A stretch of DNA of 64,000 nt. Source: an uncultured bacterium. GTDB taxonomy: Bacteria > Bacillota_I > Bacilli_A > RF39 > UBA660. The translations under genes and the position numbers were made by a program. A model generated the notes under the pieces. It saw only the letters and a program-made list of their open reading frames with translations. It made no database searches and was not told where the DNA came from. Below are positions 59,632 to 64,000 of the stretch, piece by piece (within the stretch, counting starts at the first letter, position 1; every line of letters begins with the position of its first letter). Location of the stretch: positions 4,234 to 68,233 of the forward strand of contig CASFOW010000045.1 in NCBI GenBank assembly GCA_949296705.1, in the 5' to 3' direction.

Positions 59632-61769
59632 GTGCCTTTAATCAGTTAGCACCTTTTATACAAGATTACATTTATCGTAATCGTTGGGAAGAATTACGGG
59701 ATATTCAAGTAGCTAGTATTGATATTATTTTAAATACAAATAATCATTTATTATTATCTAGTGGTACGGCTAGTGGAAAAACCGAGGCGGCCTTTTTACC
59801 TATTTTAACTGATCTTTATCAGCATCCTTCTTCCTCGGTTGGAATTTTATACATCAGTCCTTTAAAAGCCTTGATTAATGATCAGTTTGAACGACTTTCT
59901 GATCTTTTAATTGAAGCAGATATTCCGGTTTATAAGTGGCATGGAGATGTCTCTGTTTCTCATAAAAACAAATTACAGAAAAATCCGAAAGGATTGTTAC
60001 AAATTACCCCTGAATCATTAGAAGCTATGCTCACCTTCCGTAAACAAGAAGCAATTTTATTTTTTTCTGATTTACGTTATATTGTCATTGATGAAGTTCA
60101 TTATTTTATGGGAGAAAATCGGGGAATTCAACTTCTTTCTTTGTTGGAGAGGTTAAGTCGTCTTACTAATTGTTCGCCAAGAAGAATTGGCTTAAGTGCA
60201 ACAGTAGGAAATTCTTTGGAGGTAGCAAACTGGCTCGCATCAGGAACTAACAGGAAGTGTGTAGTTCCTCAAGCTGGTGGAGAAAAACGGATGCTTCATC
60301 TTTCGATTGATGATGCCGTAGTCGAGACTGATTTTTATGATAAACTTTACCATTTATCTTTTGGAAAACGCTGTATTATTTTTTCTAATAGTAGAAGTGA
60401 AGTAGAACTTAATATTGCCAATTTAAAACTGTTGGCAGCAAAAAAACAGACTCCAGATATTTATTTTACGCATCATGGTAATGTATCTGGTGGCTTAAGA
60501 GAATATGCCGAGCGGAAAATGAAAACTAGTGATTATAAGACCGTAGTTGGGACAACTGTCACTTTAGAATTAGGAATCGATGTTGGTGATTTAGAGCGAA
60601 TTATCGAAACCGGTACCCCATATAGTGTGTCTAGTTTTGTCCAACGGTTGGGTCGAAGTGGTAGGCGAAGTGGAATCAGTGAGATGATGTTTCTGTTTGA
60701 TAAAAAAGATCAAGATGATACCGAACAGAAAAACAAAGAGTTTTACCAACAAATCGATTGGGATATGATTCTTTGTATCGCATTAATCGAATTATATACG
60801 AAGGAAAAGTGGATTGAACCTTTACGACAAGCTAAACTTCCTTATCCGCTTTTATATCATCAGACAATGTGTTATTTAACCTCAGTTGGAAGCGCTTCTC
60901 CTAGTCGTTTAGCAGAATATATGCTTACTCTTTCGCCATTTCGACAAATTTCTCAAGAAGATTATCGCGACTTACTTCATTATTTGTTGGAAATTGATCA
61001 ATTGGAAATGGATGAAGAAGGGAATGTATTAATTGGTGAGAAGGGTAGTCAAACGATCTCGAAGTATCAGTTTTTAACTGTGTTTGAAAACGAAATTGAA
61101 TATTCTATTCGCGAAGAATCTAGGGAGATTGGTACAATTAATACGTTAGTTCCAGTAGGAGAGACATTGATTTTAGCGGGTAATAGTTGGCGAGTTGTGG
61201 AAATTAACGCGGAAAAACGACAGATTTTTGTAAAAAAAATAAAAGGGATTTCCAAAAGTTATTGGGAAGGACCCGATGAAATTATTATTGCGACTAAGAT
61301 TTTAAAGAAGATGAAGGAGATTTTAAGTAGTAAGGATTCTTATCCTTATTTACGATCTAATGCGAAGAATCTATTAGAAAAAAGTAGACAATTGTTCTGT
61401 AATGCGACTTTAAATCATGGGCATATAGTTATGCTTTCTGACCACTATTATGCTTTATTTCCTTATTTAGGGACAAAGTCTCTAACAACTTTACAACTTG
61501 CCCTTAGCTTTCATGGCATCTCTTCCCATATTGAATCGATTTACCGAATTCCCATTTTTCTTCATATTGATCAGGAAATCTCCAAGGAAGACCTCACTCA
61601 AGTACTAAATACCATTAAACAAGAATCACTTGATCCTTTTCAGTTAGAAACAGGGGATTTAGCAATCCAAGAAAAAAATCTTCAATATGTGCCTAAACAT
61701 TTATCCAAAAAACATTACTTGATTGATTATATTGAAGTAGAAGCAATGCAAAAAGATTTAGAATTTTAA
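59628..61769 (+). CDS. Lhr/BrxHI-like DEAD/DEAH (DEVH) superfamily-2 helicase
   Basis: Motif I LLLSSGTASGKTEAAFLPIL. Motif II VIDEVHYF. Motif VI VQRLGRSGRR. Start overlaps the upstream stop (ATGA). Confidence 0.7.
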   Translation: MSAFNQLAPFIQDYIYRNRWEELRDIQVASIDIILNTNNHLLLSSGTASGKTEAAFLPILTDLYQHPSSSVGILYISPLKALINDQFERLSDLLIEADIPVYKWHGDVSVSHKNKLQKNPKGLLQITPESLEAMLTFRKQEAILFFSDLRYIVIDEVHYFMGENRGIQLLSLLERLSRLTNCSPRRIGLSATVGNSLEVANWLASGTNRKCVVPQAGGEKRMLHLSIDDAVVETDFYDKLYHLSFGKRCIIFSNSRSEVELNIANLKLLAAKKQTPDIYFTHHGNVSGGLREYAERKMKTSDYKTVVGTTVTLELGIDVGDLERIIETGTPYSVSSFVQRLGRSGRRSGISEMMFLFDKKDQDDTEQKNKEFYQQIDWDMILCIALIELYTKEKWIEPLRQAKLPYPLLYHQTMCYLTSVGSASPSRLAEYMLTLSPFRQISQEDYRDLLHYLLEIDQLEMDEEGNVLIGEKGSQTISKYQFLTVFENEIEYSIREESREIGTINTLVPVGETLILAGNSWRVVEINAEKRQIFVKKIKGISKSYWEGPDEIIIATKILKKMKEILSSKDSYPYLRSNAKNLLEKSRQLFCNATLNHGHIVMLSDHYYALFPYLGTKSLTTLQLALSFHGISSHIESIYRIPIFLHIDQEISKEDLTQVLNTIKQESLDPFQLETGDLAIQEKNLQYVPKHLSKKHYLIDYIEVEAMQKDLEF

Positions 61770-61803
61770 AAAGTAGGAATTTAGAATTTTTCGTAAAGAA
61801 AAG

Positions 61804-61840
61804 GTTTCGAAATAGTTTGTTCGAAATGGCTTTTCTTTTT
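61804..61840 (+). terminator. candidate rho-independent terminator
   Basis: Stem tttcgaa/ttcgaaa with an 8-nt loop, followed by a T-rich tract. Confidence 0.4.
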
Positions 61841-61925
61841 TCTTTTCCTTTTTTTGCTTAGTTTTTCTCTTTTGGCCTTTTGACAATGTTTATTTTTTCT
61901 TTTATGGTGGTTATGGTGATTATGA

Positions 61926-63707
61926 ATGAGAAAGCAAGTAGAGGATTTTTATTATCAGATTAGGCAGGTATCTACTTATATTGATTATCGGATGCGAGTG
62001 GCTTGGAAAGAAAAATACGCTTCCTTATATCAACAGGTACTTGTTCACCGTAAAGAAGAGATTATCTTTTCTACTTTTTGTCACGATTATGAACATTTAG
62101 AAGAATTATTAGTTAAGCAGAATGAGCTTTGGATACAAAAAGAATTATATCAGCTGGACTTTCTCCTTAGTAATATTAATGGCTATTCCCTAGATGATAA
62201 TCAACGACGAGTAGTACTTACAGATGAGCTTCATCAATTAGTAATAGCGGGAGCGGGAAGTGGAAAGAGTCTAACTATCCTTGGTAAGATTCGGTATTTG
62301 GTTGAACGTTTGAAAATTCCACCACAAGAAATTATCGTACTTTCTTTTACCAATGATTCAACAAAAAGTCTTAAGATGAGTATCGATAAGCAAGTTCAGT
62401 ACCCAGTTCAGATTTATACTTTTCATCAGTTAGCTCTTCAAATTTTAAAGAAGAATGATTCTTATCCTTATACGATCGCTCCAGCCGATTTGTTGGAATA
62501 TTTAATCGATGAGTATTTTCAAACGACGATATTTCTTTATCCTAAAATGATGAAGAGCTTACTTCATTACCTTGGAATTTCTACTTTCCCTTTCTCTACT
62601 TTGTACGGTTATCGTCATTTCTTATCACCAGAAGAATTAAAGCTATTTCAAAAATTATTAGTGAAATTTATTCGTTTATTTAAGACAAATGCCTATCAAG
62701 AGGCTGATTTTATTGGCTTTTTTGAACAAAATAAGAAGAGTTTTACTCTGAAAAAGGATGGAAAACAAAAGACTTTTTTACATTTTGCTTATCTATTTTA
62801 TCACTTATATGAACAGGAGTTATCTTCCCAAGGCGAAATCGATTTTGATGATATGATTAAGTTAGCGACGAAATCAGTTTTGACGAAAGGAATGCCCTTA
62901 CCTTGTCGCTATTTAATTATCGATGAATATCAAGATAGTTCTTTGGTTCGAGTAAAATTAGTTCAAGCTATTTTAGAAAGAACGAGGGCTAAATTTATGG
63001 CGGTAGGGGATGATTTTCAATCGATTTATCGATTTACGGGGTGTGACTTAGCTATTTTTTATCATTTTGAACGTTATTTTCCTCATCCAATAACGATGAA
63101 AATAGAAAATACTTACCGAAATAGTCAGGAATTAGTTACTGTTGCCGGTAATTTTGTGATGAAAAATCCTTCGCAACTTCAGAAAAATTTATCGGCATTA
63201 AAACATTTAGAACGACCTATTCATCTTGTTTATTATCAAAACGCGGTTTTTACTTTTAAACGGGTAGTTAAGGAAATTTATCAAAATTTTCCTAAGGAAA
63301 TATTAGTGTTGGGGCGAAATAATCGGGATATTTATACTTCTATCGATCGGGAGTTTCGTTATGAAGAAAGAACCGGTAAATTAATTTATCTTCCTTATCC
63401 AGAAATTTCTCTTCGTTATTTAACTGTTCATAAATCGAAAGGGCTAGAAGAAGAAAACGTGATTTTACTTCATGTTGCGGAAGGTAAGATGGGGTTTCCT
63501 AATCAGATTGTAGACCATGAAGTATTAAAGTTTGTTTTGTTAAAAGAAGAAAATTTTCGTTTTAGCGAAGAAAGAAGATTATTCTATGTTGCTTTAACCA
63601 GAACCAAAAACTATATTTATTTACTAGCTCCTAAAGGAAGAGAATCTTGTTTTATCCAGGAATTAGTCCGTGATTATCCTTCTTTTATCACCGTAAGTAC
63701 AGATTAA
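61926..63707 (+). CDS. UvrD/PcrA-family superfamily-1 helicase
   Basis: Walker A VIAGAGSGKSLTILGKI. Motif II YLIIDEYQDSS. C-terminal LTVHKSKGLEEENVILL and RRLFYVALTRTKNYIYLL. Confidence 0.7.
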   Translation: MRKQVEDFYYQIRQVSTYIDYRMRVAWKEKYASLYQQVLVHRKEEIIFSTFCHDYEHLEELLVKQNELWIQKELYQLDFLLSNINGYSLDDNQRRVVLTDELHQLVIAGAGSGKSLTILGKIRYLVERLKIPPQEIIVLSFTNDSTKSLKMSIDKQVQYPVQIYTFHQLALQILKKNDSYPYTIAPADLLEYLIDEYFQTTIFLYPKMMKSLLHYLGISTFPFSTLYGYRHFLSPEELKLFQKLLVKFIRLFKTNAYQEADFIGFFEQNKKSFTLKKDGKQKTFLHFAYLFYHLYEQELSSQGEIDFDDMIKLATKSVLTKGMPLPCRYLIIDEYQDSSLVRVKLVQAILERTRAKFMAVGDDFQSIYRFTGCDLAIFYHFERYFPHPITMKIENTYRNSQELVTVAGNFVMKNPSQLQKNLSALKHLERPIHLVYYQNAVFTFKRVVKEIYQNFPKEILVLGRNNRDIYTSIDREFRYEERTGKLIYLPYPEISLRYLTVHKSKGLEEENVILLHVAEGKMGFPNQIVDHEVLKFVLLKEENFRFSEERRLFYVALTRTKNYIYLLAPKGRESCFIQELVRDYPSFITVSTD

Positions 63708-64000
63708 CTACCGGTGATGATTCCCCCATTTGGATGAAGTATTTGGCCAGTCATATAACGAGAATCATCACTTGCCAAAAAGACATAACAAGGGGAAATT
63801 TCAAATGGTTGGCCGGCACGCATGAGTGGGGTTTTAGAGGTATAACTTCCAAAGGTTTCTACTTCTTTTCCTGTATAGGATGCAGGAATTAGAGGAGTCC
63901 AAATAGGACCAGGTGCGACACCATTAACACGGATTTTCTTTTCCGCAAGGGATAGGGCAAGCGATCTAGTTAAGGAAACAATAGCTCCTTTGGTACTACT
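63704..64000 (-). CDS. short-chain dehydrogenase/reductase (SDR) family oxidoreductase, 3' portion; the gene continues beyond the window
   Basis: Reverse translation ...SSTKGAIVSLTRSLALSLAEKKIRVNGVAPGPIWTPL...MTGQILHPNGGIITGS* matches the SDR C-terminal region. Its stop overlaps the convergent UvrD-like gene stop by 4 bp. Confidence 0.65.
   Translation of the reverse strand, partial: SSTKGAIVSLTRSLALSLAEKKIRVNGVAPGPIWTPLIPASYTGKEVETFGSYTSKTPLMRAGQPFEISPCYVFLASDDSRYMTGQILHPNGGIITGS

Noticed and set aside
58309-63707. Gabija (GajA OLD-like ATPase + GajB UvrD-like helicase)
   Set aside because: The P-loop ATPase lacks the N-terminal ABC-type Walker A plus C-terminal TOPRIM layout of GajA. It resembles DUF2791/BrxD instead and is separated from the UvrD-like gene by an Lhr-like helicase.

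Overview
AT-rich (~30% GC) chromosomal window from a low-GC, apparently spore-forming Firmicute. Homologues of cotJB, cotJC, spoVG and a YjcZ-type tiny spore protein are present. The window has three parts. (1) 1-5.9 kb, host genes: a 5'-partial hypothetical ORF, a lipase-like alpha/beta hydrolase with a GHSKGG motif, and an unusual single-module Clp-type AAA+ ATPase with a ~600-aa disordered Ser/Thr/Gln/Glu-rich N-terminus. (2) About 5.92-39.74 kb: a ~33.8-kb siphovirus-like prophage inserted inside a CotJC-type manganese catalase gene. The N-terminal catalase fragment is at 39.7 kb and the C-terminal fragment at 5.5-5.9 kb, both on the minus strand. A large serine recombinase sits at the attL end. 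The prophage has a lysogeny switch (ImmA peptidase, XRE repressor, Cro) with three palindromic operators, a replication module with iteron-like repeats, a SpoVG homologue, and a tyrosine recombinase bracketed by two 29-bp dif-like sites. Its late region runs ArpU, a 10-bp tandem repeat, HNH, a GC-rich cos-like segment, TerS/TerL, portal, ClpP-like protease, capsid, tail/tape measure, collagen-like fibres, and a lysis cassette. (3) 40-64 kb: cotJB, the YjcZ-like ORF, a membrane protein and tRNA-His, followed by an accessory/defence island. The island holds a Fic protein; a 1590-aa Type ISP restriction-modification enzyme (Mrr nuclease + DEAH helicase + NPPY methyltransferase); a TcmP-like protein plus a C-x3-C-x3-C protein; a 660-aa Zn-ribbon protein; a TPR-like protein plus a 525-aa protein; and a four-gene cluster (552-aa unknown, DUF2791/BrxD-like P-loop ATPase, Lhr/BrxHI-like DEVH helicase, UvrD-like helicase) that does not match a complete named system. 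The window ends in a convergent SDR oxidoreductase. No CRISPR array and no rRNA. All calls rest on motifs, gene order and memory of protein families; no database searches were run.
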